A stretch of DNA of 64,000 nucleotides from Chiloscyllium plagiosum (Eukaryota): the NCBI RefSeq assembly GCF_004010195.1, contig NC_057718.1, forward strand, positions 30,448,045 through 30,512,044. Reading direction: 5' to 3'. The position numbers and the translations under genes are program-made. The notes under the pieces are model-generated. The model had not been told where the DNA came from, did not search any database, and saw only the letters and a list, made by a program, of their open reading frames with translations. Below are positions 27,030-39,739 of the stretch, in pieces. Position 1 is the first letter of the stretch; each line of letters starts with the position of its first letter.

Positions 27030-27565
27030 AGTCCTATTGTCATCCCTCTCCCTTGCAAGATTCAGACTAAGCCGATCTGTTGCGACCTTAGTGTTGCTTT
27101 GGTCCTGGGATTCACTTCCAATCTCCAATTTATGCATTTTCTTGTGCCAAATATTTTCATCTTCTTTTCAGCAAAGTCTTTATTTTAAATTCTTATCTTT
27201 GTTTTCAAATCCCTCCATGTCTCCGTAATCTCCTCCAACTCCACTATCCACCAAGATATTTGGACTTGTCTAATTTTGGCATCTCATGCAACTTAATCGT
27301 CATCGCTGTTGCTATTGGTGACCATCCCTTCAGCTGCCAAGGCCCAAGCTCTGGGAAATCCTTTGCTACACCTCTCTGCGTGTCTATTTCACTTTCCTTG
27401 TTACGTGCACTTCTTAAAGTCTACCTCTTTGATCAAGTTTTTGATCATTTGACCTTCTCACCTTGTGTGGCTGGGAATTATACTTTGTCTTATACTACTG
27501 CGAAGTATCTTGAGATGTTTCATCACACTGAATATGTTCTACAAATGTAAGGCATTCTTGTTGAT
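27030..27565 (+). mobile_element. L2-type LINE 3' fragment
   Basis: 'ttcagctgccaaggcccaagctctgggaa', 'cttcttaaagtctacctctttgatcaagtttt' are typical L2 3' motifs. Confidence 0.65.
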
Positions 27566-28269
27566 TACAACATTTCATTGTTTCTCAAAGTAATATAGTA
27601 TCCTGGCTTCAGCCACCTTTCTGAAAGGCATATCCTTTTCTGTAAGGAAATACTTCTGAACCCAGACTCTAAATTTGTGTTTCATGACTCTGAATTTATG
27701 TTGCCTTATGGCTCTGACAATTCTAACATTATTTTCTTGAGTTTACTTTCTCTATCTGATACTTATTCTGCATTCCTCTTTTAAGGTCCCCAGTAAAACA
27801 TCTATTTGTGAGGCAGCAGAAGTCAAATGAATTCACTCCCTGTTGAATTTTCCATTGACATAGAAGATCAGTATGCTGTACTGCTACCTAGCATGATGAG
27901 CATCAAGTCAACTAATACCAATCTCTCCTTTGTGTCCTGTCAACAGAGTACTTTCCCTATCCAAGGCTTCCGTCCAATATTGAAAATGGTATTGCATGCT
28001 TGATGAAACTATAAGATCTATCCATATGTTTATTTTAATATTGTTAACTGCAAGTTTGCATTTTTGTAATTCTAAATTAAACACAAGCGTTTGTCTCTGT
28101 GGTTGGAGTTACCCGTAATTTCAAGTGGGGAAATTACCCAGCGTTCCCAGGGAAAAACTCAGCAGCCTAGTGACTTTCTAGATTCTGACTTTTATTTTTA
28201 GTTTGCGCTGGGAAAGTGTTTAAGGAAAAGTATGTATTAAACTCCAAAGTGCTGAGAATTCTTTCAACT

Positions 28270-28960
28270 GTGTAACATGCTGAGCAACGTTCCCATGAAA
28301 GTAAGTTTATATTAATGAAACTGTTGTAGAATAAGAAGTTACTATTAATCCCAGACTGGAGAACTGGGGTACAGTTTGTGGAAATAGAAGTGAAGTTTCT
28401 GAAATTTAAAAGAAATGATAAAACAAATTGAATTTGCATCAGAGATAGTATAGCACTTGGAAGAAAGCTAAGTCAGGAACACAATAATAATTGAGAAAGA
28501 GTTATCTAGAATTCCAGCAGATGAGTTGAATTTTTAATTATTTCAAGCCCTTCAAACTAAAGAGTTTATATCGCTCTTGGAAATGAGCTGGACTGGGTTT
28601 TGCTTGAGTACAGCGTTAAATGCTCTGAGAACTGGAACAATGTTTATAAGCTGTAACAGGGTGCACTGATTCCAATATAAAGCTCTTGTTTCTTTTCAAT
28701 CTATAGACTGCTTGGGTTATTTCTGCTGGGTGTTTAAAATCTTTGGATCTGTATTACAAGTGAATTGTGTTTTTCTTCTCTTTTGATCTTCATTTCTGTT
28801 GCTAAACGTTTGTCTTGTCGTATTATTGAAACAAAAACTGCAACACTGTGCTTACATTTTACGAAAACCTTACTTTGGTAACAAAAACTTGAAAAAAAAC
28901 TATCCAGCCAGGTTTCTGATTTTTCCGTGTGAATATCAACTGGGCATTAGCCCCATAACA
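28270..28960 (+). mobile_element. Probable solo LTR (Gypsy-like); 5' boundary uncertain
   Basis: TATA-like 'tataaa' at ~28676, AT-rich U5-like region, terminus 'actgggcattagccccataaca' ending in CA. Confidence 0.45.
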
Positions 28961-29526
28961 GTTGAGGCCACTAGATCATCATTCTCGTGAGAGCAACATT
29001 CAATCTGTTTTTTTCAAAAGAGTCCCACTCCTTATAACCTTGCACATCCAACACCGCCCCCCCCCCCATCCTAGAATTTATCTAATAAAGTTGCAATTGT
29101 ATCTGATGGCGCTACTCTTTCAGGAAGTGCATTTCAAATCACTAAAGCTCACAATATTAAAACATTATTCTTCTTGTTGCCTCTGCTTCCTTTACCAATT
29201 ACCCTAAATCTGATTACTGACGCTTTATTTACTCTATCAAAACTTTGATTTTGCTATCAAATATCCTCAACATTCTGTGACCTGAGGACATCAAGCTCTT
29301 CACACTTTCGACATTGTTGGAGTTTCTCATCCCTACCACAATTCTAATAAATTGCATCTACACATTCACTAAGGCCTTGATGTCCTTCCTAAGGTTGCAC
29401 ATAAAGTGGTTGGTGGGTGGAAACGGTCCAGGTCCAGGTAGGCATAGCCTGTGATTTTCCCCATGTCAGCAGCTAATTTGCTGGTCAGAGCTTTGGTGGC
29501 CAATTAGTGATGCTATAACTTACTGG

Positions 29527-30429
29527 TGTAGCATGCTGGAAATCAAGCCTGATTATTTCTGGAGCCATCACAAATGTTTAAAGACTTATTCAAAGTCTCC
29601 AAAATCCCCAATTTTCCTGACTTACGACTTTGGTTAAAAGAAAACACCCACTAGATTTCTGTAGTTAACATAAAACTAACTGTTAATAAGAAAATTACTG
29701 TTTATAATGAGCAAACTGTCTTTAATCAATGACAATTAGCAAACATGAATTGCTCGCTTATACTCTTGCAATTAAATTTTACCGCTTCTTAAATTCCCCT
29801 TTTTTTACGTACAGACACACAACAACAGAAAAGACTTGGATATTAAAGATGCAAAAATAAATTTAAAAATCATGGAAACAGTTCATAATGCTGCTGTGGA
29901 CCATGGGAGTTGATTAATTGTTTTATTTATTTCCCTTTCAGTTCTTTGATGTTAACACAAGGTTGTTTGAAAACTGATATTCAGTCCTTCAAGTACTAGT
30001 CGAGAATTTGCCCCTTTCAAAATCTTCCAAGGTGATTTTTCCCTTTTTCCTTCAAACAAAGGAACTTGTTGAGGAAGGTGCTGTTTCTGGAGACTTTCTG
30101 ATGCATCCAAATAAAAGAGATATGGAGAAAGAATTTTGCTTTCTCTTTGCAAGCTCGATGGTTCTCAGCTGCATTAGCCCCACACAAACCATGGTCACCT
30201 GGACAGGGCCCAACCAAAGCATTGTTGCCAAGCAGTCGTCCCTCATTGGATCTGTGATGTTTGCTTTTGCTCTATGTGCCAGGAAAACACAACATTGTAT
30301 ACAATCTGTGTTTCAGTAACCATAATTTTTAAAGTTATCGTCATCTCTTTGAATAGTTCTCTTTGTTTAAAACAGTATCTTAGACCATAGCTCAAAAATA
30401 AAGGAAATAAAAAGATGTAGTCTTCACAA
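29527..30429. mobile_element. Probable solo LTR, TG...CA bounded
   Basis: Begins 'tgtagcatgctggaaatcaagcct', identical to 50130; ends 'gtcttcaca'. Confidence 0.55.
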
Positions 30430-30899
30430 TCATCAGAACCATGGGATGGATGCAGAACTTAGAAAGTGCGGACATAATTTAAAAGGATGATGCCAACCAT
30501 TTTGGTAGCAGCCATTTTCATTTCCATTGGAAGTTCAAAGTTGGCAGAAGCAGAAGCTTGACATTGAGATGGAGGCTACCTTGAGAAGGTAATATTGAGA
30601 TTCCGTTTGAGGCTGAAAGAAAGAAGAATTCCTGTTTTTGAAGAGTGGCAGAAATTGTTAATGGCTAAAATACTGACCAGATGAACCTGGTGTAAAGCAT
30701 TTGAGTTTCCGAGCAAGATGAGTGCAGATCACAGACCTCCAGACCTGAACACCAGCTGACCTCCCTGAAGGTGCATGCTGCTTCTGAATATAAGAAATAC
30801 TAATAGTGTTGAAGAGCAGCCAGCACCAATGCATACAACTTCTCAATATTTACATGTGCTGCTGACATAGTGATGAAAGGCCAGGATTGTTTTATTTCT

Positions 30900-31330
30900 C
30901 TTTTCGTCCGTGCAGAATTTATATGACAGGCCACAGACAGGAGCAAAACTGCTTAGCTTGTTAACCTCATTGCCCTGGAGGAGGCCACAAGGGAAGCAGA
31001 GAGTGACCCTTCACAACCAAATGGGTGATGAAGAAATGGGAGCATCTGCAGGAGGGGATGACAAAACAGTATTCTGTGGATGAAGGGTGCATTCCTCTCA
31101 GGCTGATGGCATGTCAGCACCTTAGCTGCAATGGGAAGCTTCAGCTCTGCAGAGGCTTCAGTTATCACAGGCAAGTTCTCATGTATTCTTGTTGCATCTG
31201 TCGTAGAGTCGGAAGAGGCAGCATAAATGCAGTAGCAAAACAGGGAGCCTGTCATGAAAATGGACCTGCAGAGCCAGTCCTGTCCCACCATTTGGACAAA
31301 CTCTCCACCAGTACAGGCATCTTTTTTTAT
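30900..31330. mobile_element. Possible highly decayed Harbinger-derived sequence
   Basis: GC-richer block with only vague Harbinger-like peptides; strand ambiguous. Confidence 0.25.
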
Positions 31331-31334
31331 ATCC

Positions 31335-31630
31335 ACACATGGGTGTTGCTGTCTAGGCTAGACTTGCTGTTCCTAGTTATCCTTGAAAAAGTGGTAATAA
31401 TTGTCTTCTTGAACAGATGCAGTCCATGTTCTGTAGGTAGACCCACCATGCTATTCGAGAGATAATTCCAGGATTCTGACCCAGCAACGCTGAAGGAACA
31501 GTGCTATATTTCCAAGTCAGGGTCATGACTGACCTGGTGGGGAATGTGCAGGTGGTGTGTTCCCATATATCTACTGCTTTTATCCTTCTAAATGGTAGGG
31601 GTGTGGGCTTGGAAGGCGTTGTCTAAGTTC
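31335..31630 (-). mobile_element. 3' end of second CR1/L2-group LINE family
   Basis: Homologous to 19940-20240: 'ccaggattctgacccagcaacgctgaaggaac...tatttccaagtc'. Confidence 0.8.
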
Positions 31631-33173
31631 CTACCTATAAACTCTCATTCCTCACGTACAGTTAGAAAGAGTGGTATTCTGTAAAAGCACAATACTGCTA
31701 AGTAGGAGGAGAAGAGAGCAGCAGTTGTCCTGATCTAAGTTAGAAACATTTGGCAGCTTTAGATGCAGTCCACTGACCCACAATGTATCTTGATAGCTCT
31801 GAGGTCCAGTTGTACTACAGACTCTTTTGGAAGTCATTTTTGATGTAAGTGGTGAATAGAGCCACTTGGACCACTGGACAGATGTGCACCATGATTTGAT
31901 AATAACAATGAATTTAATAAAGTTGTGTCTTCAATGAAAGTTCAGTCAGATCGAAGTACATTCCAGATCATGCAACCCTGTTGGATAAGAAAATTCAGGT
32001 GAAATATGCTTGGATCAGACATTTCCAGACATTAACTGCTTGATGATAAAACTTCTGACCCCTGGGCCAGCCTATACACTCTTTGCTCAGCATAGGAACC
32101 CCTCTGCTGTACATTTTTGTCTTTTTGTTCCTCTCTTTCATCTTGCTTGTCCTTCTCTTGCACAGTTAATCCAATGTCTCATTCTTTCCAAAGTTCATTC
32201 TTCTCAAAGACCATGTTATGGAGATTGCAGCAGATCACACAGTGCTAGATCCTTGTGGGATTGTATTGGAAGGTGCAACCTGATAGTTCAGGCCATGTAA
32301 CTGCTTTTTAAGAGAAGTGATGGCCTGCATAATACAGTTTTTTTGTAAGGTGGCAACTTTGGGTTTTAATGCTTCTGTGGCACCATATCAGGGACATGGA
32401 ATATAAATTATCTCCATTATTGGATCCCTGTAGGTGTAGGGCATTTTCATTTTTACTATGTGGCCATCAAAGTACCAAATAAAAGGCTGATGAGATTCGA
32501 ATACAGGAAGGGCTTCTACTTCATAAAATCTGTTGGGATATGACAATAACAAGGACTTTCAGGCAGCTTCCACAACTCGAACCAGTCCAGACTTCAGATC
32601 TCTTCATATTACCAACCAGAAAAGCAAGGGTGAATAACCATCTCTCTAGGGGATATCCCTTGTCCCTTGCAAATTCATGCACCAAGCTTAAGTTTTAGTG
32701 GTGTGGTGCAGAAATCCGTTTGCTGCTTTGTGCCTGCAAAGCCCACGTTCTAGAATTGAATATTACATTTCTGCTTTTGCAAATAGGATACCAGTGACCT
32801 GTGAGATGCAATATTTGTGAGATACCAGCAAGGTCCTCTTTGGAACTTTGGAAGGAGGCAAAAATGAAAACATTCAAGGATGGCAGATACTGACAGCATA
32901 ACAAACAATACTGCAAACATATGAAATAGGCACAGGAATAGGTCATTTAGCACATGAGCTTGCTGTACCATTTAACATGATCATTGATGATCTGATCGTA
33001 ACCTCTGCATCCTCACCTATACCAGATAACATTTCAACATTTCACCCCTTTGGTTAACAAGAATCTGTCCACCTGTGACTTAAAAATATGCTATGATGTA
33101 GACGTGCCAGTGTTGGACTAGGGTGGACAAAGTCAAAAATTACATGGCACCGGGTTATAGTCTGACAGGTTTA

Positions 33174-33362
33174 CAGGACGACCCCCATATCCATGGTTTC
33201 AATTACCCACGGTTTAATGTGGCCCGGACATATTATGAGGAACCTACCAGAACCAGGGACCAGGGGCTGCTGGGAGGTAAGTGTCCCATTTAAATGAATG
33301 GGTTCATTCCTATCCACGGTAGGACTTAGAATGTATGCCCCGTTCATACGGGGGGACTACAG
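33174..33362. mobile_element. Tc1/mariner (Tigger-like) MITE with TA duplication
   Basis: TA|caggacgacccccatatcc ... atacggggggactacag|TA: imperfect TIRs, inserted at a TA of the host motif 'caggtttat'. Confidence 0.7.
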
Positions 33363-33631
33363 TATCTGAAACTGCAACCTTTCAGAGTCCCTGCTCCTTC
33401 CTCAGGCAGCGAGTGAGAGAGAATACATTCAAGGACATACAAGGACATTCAGGCTTGGATTTTCAGGTAAATGTCCTCCAAGGCAGACTTAGGACAGAGT
33501 TGCTGAACAGAGACTGGTAGACATTTTCAGTACTCATGAGGATGGCCTTAACCGAGAACTTAAGTTCATGTCACACTACAGGTGACCCCATCACATTATG
33601 CACTCGCACAAACACACTTACACACACGAAT

Positions 33632-33633
<2 letters not shown>

Positions 33634-33679
<46 letters not shown>

Positions 33680-33960
33680 GCACAGACCCTCTGTCATACA
33701 CATTCATTTACACTCTCTCATAGGCATATACTCCCTCACACTCAAGTGCAATCCCTCTCAAGCACTCACACTCTCACACACACTCACATGCATGCTCCCT
33801 CACACTCTCACATGCTCCCTTTCAAGCGTGCATGCACACAATCTCGAGTGTGCGCACACACCACACACTCTTCCTCTCTCTCCCTCACACGTGCATGCAC
33901 CCTCTCACTCACATGCTTGCTCTCTCTCTCTCTCTGTCTCTCACCTCCCCTCCCCCTCTT
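33634..33960. repeat. (CA)n microsatellite followed by degenerate CA/CT-rich tract
   Basis: Perfect (CA)n at ~33634-33677, then mixed CA/CT repeats. Confidence 0.95.
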
Positions 33961-35700
33961 GCGCACACACTTAGTAATCTATGGGGGACTTTGCATTTGC
34001 AGACACATTCTATTTTGTTTAAAAAGCACATGATCTGTAGACACTCAGTCAATGTGGAATTCCAAAATTCCTACTTTGGAAATAAAATTAGTCTGGCTCT
34101 AGATTGAGATACAAATAGACATGAAACATGGCCTCACAATTGAATGCATTGTCTGACCTGAAGTTTCACCTTTATACTGATAAAATCTGAAGTTATCTTG
34201 GGACAGTGACTTGAAAGAAATTCTGGGATTTACATATTAATCAATCGAAACTTGCACCTCCATTCTAACTGATTAAAGACTTAATAGCCGCCTAGGTTTG
34301 TTCAATATATAAGTTGTATGACCCTTTGATCTTTTACTCATAAATTCTGTGTCTGATGTATTCTCTCTTGCTGGCTGCCTGAGGGAGCATCGGGTGCTCT
34401 GAAAGCTTTTAGTTTCAAATAAACATATTGGACTATAACCTGGTGTCGTGCAATTTTTGCCCTTTAAAATATGCAAGGACTCTCTTCTTGAAAAGATGGC
34501 CAAAACAGAATTCCAAAGATGCTTAATTCTCTAAGGGAAAAGATTTTACCCATTCTCTGCTTTAAATAGGTGATCCTGATTTTAAACAGTGATGCCTAGT
34601 TCTGGATTCTTCCAGGAGAAGAACTATTCTCTCGACAGTTACCCTGTCAAGACCCCTTCAGGATGTTGTATGTTTCTATCAAGTCACCCCTTACTCTTCT
34701 AATATCCTGTCGCTATATGCCTAGACCCTCCAGTCTTTCCTCATAAATCAACCAACTCAATTCAGGTATTAGTCTGGTATACATCTTCTGAACTACTTTT
34801 GATGCACTTACATCCTTCCATAATTTAGGTGACCGATACCGTGCACAGTACCCCAGATGTGGTCTCACCAGGCCCTGTATAACAGAAGCATAATCTCCCT
34901 ACTTTTGTATTCCATTCCCCTTGCAATAAATGATAGCACTGTATTAGTTTTCTGAATTATTTGCTGTATATGCATACTAAGCTTTTGTGATTTTTTTTGC
35001 ATATACACCAAGGTCCCTCTTCATTTTAAACCTCTGCAATCACTTAGCGTTTAAGTAATATGCATATTTTTTATTCTTCCTGCTAAAATGGGTGATTTCA
35101 TATTTTTCCACATTATATTCCATTTGCCACATTGTTGCCCAATCACTTTACCAATCTAATTTTTTTTGCCTCCTTTTGTCCTCTTACCAACTTAATTTCC
35201 TATGTACCTTTGTATCATCATCAAATTCAGCAACCGTACCTTATGTCCCTTCATTGAGGTCTTTGTCAGTCTATTTATCTATCCCTTTGTATCCCTACAC
35301 CTCAGTGAATGTGCAAATCTCATTGACCATTTGGTACAGTCACCAACAATACAAACTCTGAGGTTTCCAGGTGGCAACTTCTTCAGTGGTGTGCTTTATG
35401 TTGAGGGTATGGTCCTCATTGCCTCCTTGCTCCTTGTTTCTATCCACTATCTCCTCATACCCAAACTCTGTATATGCTCCCAAATACATTTTCTCCTTAT
35501 CAGGACTCAACCTTATCTTAGAGTACTTTAATCCCATGTTCAGCTGTTGCATTGTTTGTAAACAGTTACCCTGCCAAGTATCCTAAGAATCTTTTATGTT
35601 TCAATAAGACTGCCTCATATTTGCCTGTACTCCAATAAATACAGGCCCAATGTACTCAACCTCTCCTCAATAACAGAATAACATAGCCAGAATAAACCTA

Positions 35701-35877
35701 TTCAGAAGTCACACAACACCAATTATAGTTGATTTGAAATCACAAGCTTTCGGAGTGATGCTCCTTCACCAGGTGAAAGCTTGTGATTTCAAAAAGAACC
35801 GGTTTGACTATAACCTGGTTTTGTGTGAATTCTGACTTTGTCCACCCCAGTCCGATACGAGCATCTCCACATCAGGT
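35701..35877. mobile_element. Short fold-back Penelope derivative
   Basis: Inverted arms 'tttgaaatcacaagctttc' and 'gaaagcttgtgatttcaaa'. Flanked by 'taaaccta' at 35693-35700 and 35878-35885. Confidence 0.8.
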
Positions 35878-37304
35878 TAAACCTAGTAAACCTCTGTGAT
35901 CTACTTCCAATGCCTGTACATCTCTTCATAGATGAAGAGACTAAAACCGTTCACAGTTTTCTAAATAGTGACTTGTAAGTTTTTAGTAAGACTTCCTTAT
36001 TCTTCTGTGCCTTTTCCTTTGAAATGAAGGCCTAATTCTATTTTCCCTTCCTATTACCTGCTGAGCTTGGATGCTAGATTTTTGTGATTTAGACTCTAGG
36101 ACTCCCAAATCCCTCCTTGCTGCAGTTTTCTGCAGTCTTTCTCCATTTAAATAATATTCAGCATTTTGTGATGCTTCAAGTGCTCATCCAAGTACTTTTT
36201 AAAGGGTATGAGACTTCCCACATCAATAACCTTCCCAGGCAGTGCATTCCTGACCTCCTCCACCCTCCAGGTGAGAAAGCTTTTCCTTAAATCCCTTCTG
36301 AACCCCCCTGCCTTTAACTTTAAGTTGATGTCCTTTGTTATTGACCATTCAACTAAAGGGAACAGCTGCTTTCTGTTCACATTGTCCATGCCACTCATAA
36401 TCTTATACATCTCTACCAGGTCACCCTCAACTGTGCTCCCATGCTATATACAGAACAAGTTATTTGTATTCTTACCAGTTTGGATTGTGTGCACATAATT
36501 ATGAATTTTAAATTTGGAATAAAACAAATAATTATACTTTAGCATTTGCTGTGGAATTATTTTATAATCTGTTCTCTGGGACATGCTTAGATGTTCTTCA
36601 GTGGTTTTTAAAAGGTATTGTATTTTTCTTAAACCAGTCATCTATTAAGGTGTATGTTTCATAAAAGAACAAAAGAGTTGTTACTTTCAAGATGAAATTT
36701 TAGCAATACTGCAATATTTTATTTTATCTCCACATGTTTCTTTATGGTGATTGGCTTTTGTTTTCTTGAAATTAAGAGGATAATAGGGCTGCCATTTTGC
36801 CATGCCTAGTCTGCTTTCACTCCTATTTTTAGGAGTATTTTCAAAGGATTCAAAGTGCCATGGTAATTACCTTTCAAAATAAATGATTGGTGACTGTCTT
36901 CTAAGAAAACAAGCAAAATGATCAACTAAGTGTAGCATTAGGAGGTTGGGGAAAGAAACCACAAAATGCTATACTTGGAGCTGAAAGAATGGAAATAATC
37001 TTGTTTTAAGATGAATGCTAATAACAGGAAATAAATAACAAAACATGTTAGAAATGCACAGTAATCATTTTGGTGAACTAAACATAGTGTAGCATAACCT
37101 AACAAATCATTGAATACAAAATGTTGATCTAACTTTATTTTTATGGTTTTCTGACACAATCACAATATGATTTCTCACCAGCCTCCTTTCCGGCTCTCAT
37201 CTAAGCTCATCTTGTCATCATGACCAAACGTTTGCTCTTTCCTGCAGGTTCACATTAATTGTTGACCGCTCAAATTCCCTTCCTGGTTTCCATGATAGTT
37301 TGGC

Positions 37305-37620
37305 AGGTAGCGGCATTCTGGTAATACCATTGGACTAACAATCTAATGTGGGAGATGGTGAATTTTAAAAACAGTCTGAAATTAAAAGTAACCATGTTGA
37401 TTGTTGTTAAAATACATCTGGTTTATTAATATCCTTTAAGGAAGGAAATCTATTACCTTTTCTTGGATTGGTCAACATATAACTCCAGACTTATAGCAAT
37501 GTGATTGACTCCTAACTTCATCCTGAAATGGCCTTTGCATGTCATTTTGTTCAAAGGACAATCAGGGGTGGATAATAAATGCTGGCAGGGCCAGTGACGC
37601 TCATATGTCATGAATGAAGG
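37305..37620 (+). mobile_element. tRNA/CORE-type SINE sharing the 3' tail of the second LINE family
   Basis: Head 'tggtaataccattggacta', core 'tcctttaaggaaggaaatct', tail 'aataaatgctggc...ccagtgacgc'. Confidence 0.7.
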
Positions 37621-39739
37621 AAAGACCATTTTCTCTCCTGTTTAAAACCAATTCACATCTCAAGAGCCTATGTCCTTGAAAACTACTATCTATCTCTTTT
37701 CTTTCCCTTTGAACCTCTTAGGACTTCTCTTGAACACCTCCCCAAACTACCTGTATATGGCAGATAACATTGTAGATGAGGCAGTTTCACCCATTAAAAT
37801 TGTAAAAATTACTGACTTTTTCTTAGATTCTTTCCATAGACTCTAACTCTAGCCATTCCTCTAATTATTATTTCATGTGGAACTAGACTGTTCACAACTT
37901 GAGCATATTATTTGACCCCAAGCTGAGTTCCCAATTCCACATCCTTTCTGTCACAAACACTGTCTTCTTTCAGCTGTGTAATGTAACCTGCCTCCATTGC
38001 CCAAACATTCATCCATGTCTGTTTCAATTTCGAACTTGACTATTCCAGCTCTAAATCTCATCCTCTCATCTTCCAAACTCCATAATGAATTTCAGCTCAC
38101 CCAAAGTTCTACTGTCTCAATGCCATCTTAGCCTTTATCTTCACCTGTGGTTTCATGTTTATTTTTCTAAGAAAACAAGATTTTATTTAACTTAAAAATC
38201 ATTTTCTTTGAATGGATTCTGCAGTTTCATTACTGTTTTCATTATCTTTCCAATTTAGTTTTTAAAGTAATTTTGTAATTTAGCAATTTGTGGATAAAGC
38301 TCCCTTTTGGAGTCAGTAGTTCACAAATTGATCCATATTGTGCTACATTTTTGCAGTCATCTGAAGTTCAACATGTGATGTCTTTTATTCAATATCTTTA
38401 TCTACCTATTTTAGATGTATATGATTTTTCAGTGGGACTTAGATTATTTGTTGCTATAAAGACAGTGAACAACCTAGCAAAAATGATTGTGTTTTATGTA
38501 CTGTTGAAAATATGTTTTTCAGCTGTTGACTTCTGAATCCTTTTATCAGTGAGAGCTATGCCATTCCTAAGGTTTAGTAATATTTTCCAAGGTTGGAAAA
38601 TTCTCAAAATCATGTTTTATTTCTGAGATGAACAGAAATATTAATACCCAGCAAACAATGAATCTCTGAAAATAAATTATAAACAAGCTGTCTATTATGA
38701 ATGTAGGTGCTTTCTGTTTAGTTCTGTGATTTTCTCTGCACTGACCCAGTATTAAATCTGCTCATATTGGACCAGTATGTAAGACTGAAACTTATACTTC
38801 AAGTTAGACAGGTGGTCCTTTTCTCCTAATCTACTTTTTAACATTAAATTTGTTAGCTTCTGGTGTTTCTAGGGTAAAAATTTCTCTGGTTGCCACATGT
38901 GGCAATGTCTTACAGCAACAAAAGAACTCATCAATGATGTTTTTCTGTATTGTGTTACAAATAACTAATTTCATAATTCATATGTTTTCAGAGCATTGGT
39001 TTGGGAATTGCTAATTTTAAATATGAATGAAACACTACCTGATTTGAGAAACCAGTAAACAAACATAACAGAATTGCAAATCTGAAGGTGACCTCTGTTA
39101 GTTGAATGAGATTATAGTGGAAGTGTGAAAATGCTTAATAATGGTCACCCAGCAGTAGCTGTGTTGTGGAGTCTATAGCAGCCTCAATCAAAGGTTTATA
39201 TTAATTACATAATTTCCCCAGGTCAAACAAACATCTGCAAGCAATTGGCAAACAAGGGGAGGTGTTAAAGTATCATTAAACTTTTCGGATCAAAGGATAG
39301 ATTTAAAGTTCCACGTAATTAATTCACATCTCTATCTGTGGCATCCAAAATCTGCTACATTGCTATGAAACCAGTTAGAAGTTTTTTTTTAGTTTGAGGT
39401 TTAATAATGTGGTTTCTCACAAACCATTATTTGAAATCTGTTTTATTGTTTCATGAAGATCTGGTGGCCAAATCTTTTCTGTAATTTTTGGGAGAAAATA
39501 TTTTTGTTTCTCTGCTATCCATTATTAGCAGTGAGCAGTCAGGTCAGTTACAGCATATTACCTTTTCTATGCATGAAAATGGCTTCATGAAAACAATATC
39601 CATTTTAGGTCGTACTCCCTGAGATGTAGACTATGTAGAACATATCCCATCCAAGTTTTCTTTGAAAGCCTTGGGTTAAATTTTGGACTTCACAACCCCT
39701 ATGTGGCTTTGTGCTGTGGGCCTTGTCCACCAGCAGAAC

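Larger units (their letters stand above)
33093..34460 (+). mobile_element. Internally deleted Penelope-like element with inverted termini
   Basis: Inverted ends 'caccgggttatagtc' and 'gactataacctggtg'. GIY-YIG C-terminal remnants VNVLQG, then AEQRLVDIFSTHEDGLNREL. Flanked by duplicated 'taaaa(a)tatgc'. Confidence 0.8.
32915..36430 (-). mobile_element. Cluster of degenerate antisense CR1 fragments hosting Penelope-derived insertions
   Basis: CR1 3' tail 'gaaataggcacaggaataggtcatt', RT-region motifs, and ORF 36147-36410 MYKIMSGMDNVNRKQLFP. Confidence 0.8.

Noticed and set aside
33536..34107. His/Thr-rich ORFs
   Set aside because: Translation of a CA/CT microsatellite.
37248..37306. 59-nt exon with strong acceptor (FTLIVDRSNSLPGFHDSLA)
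   Set aside because: The donor falls in a SINE head; no partner exon or homology.
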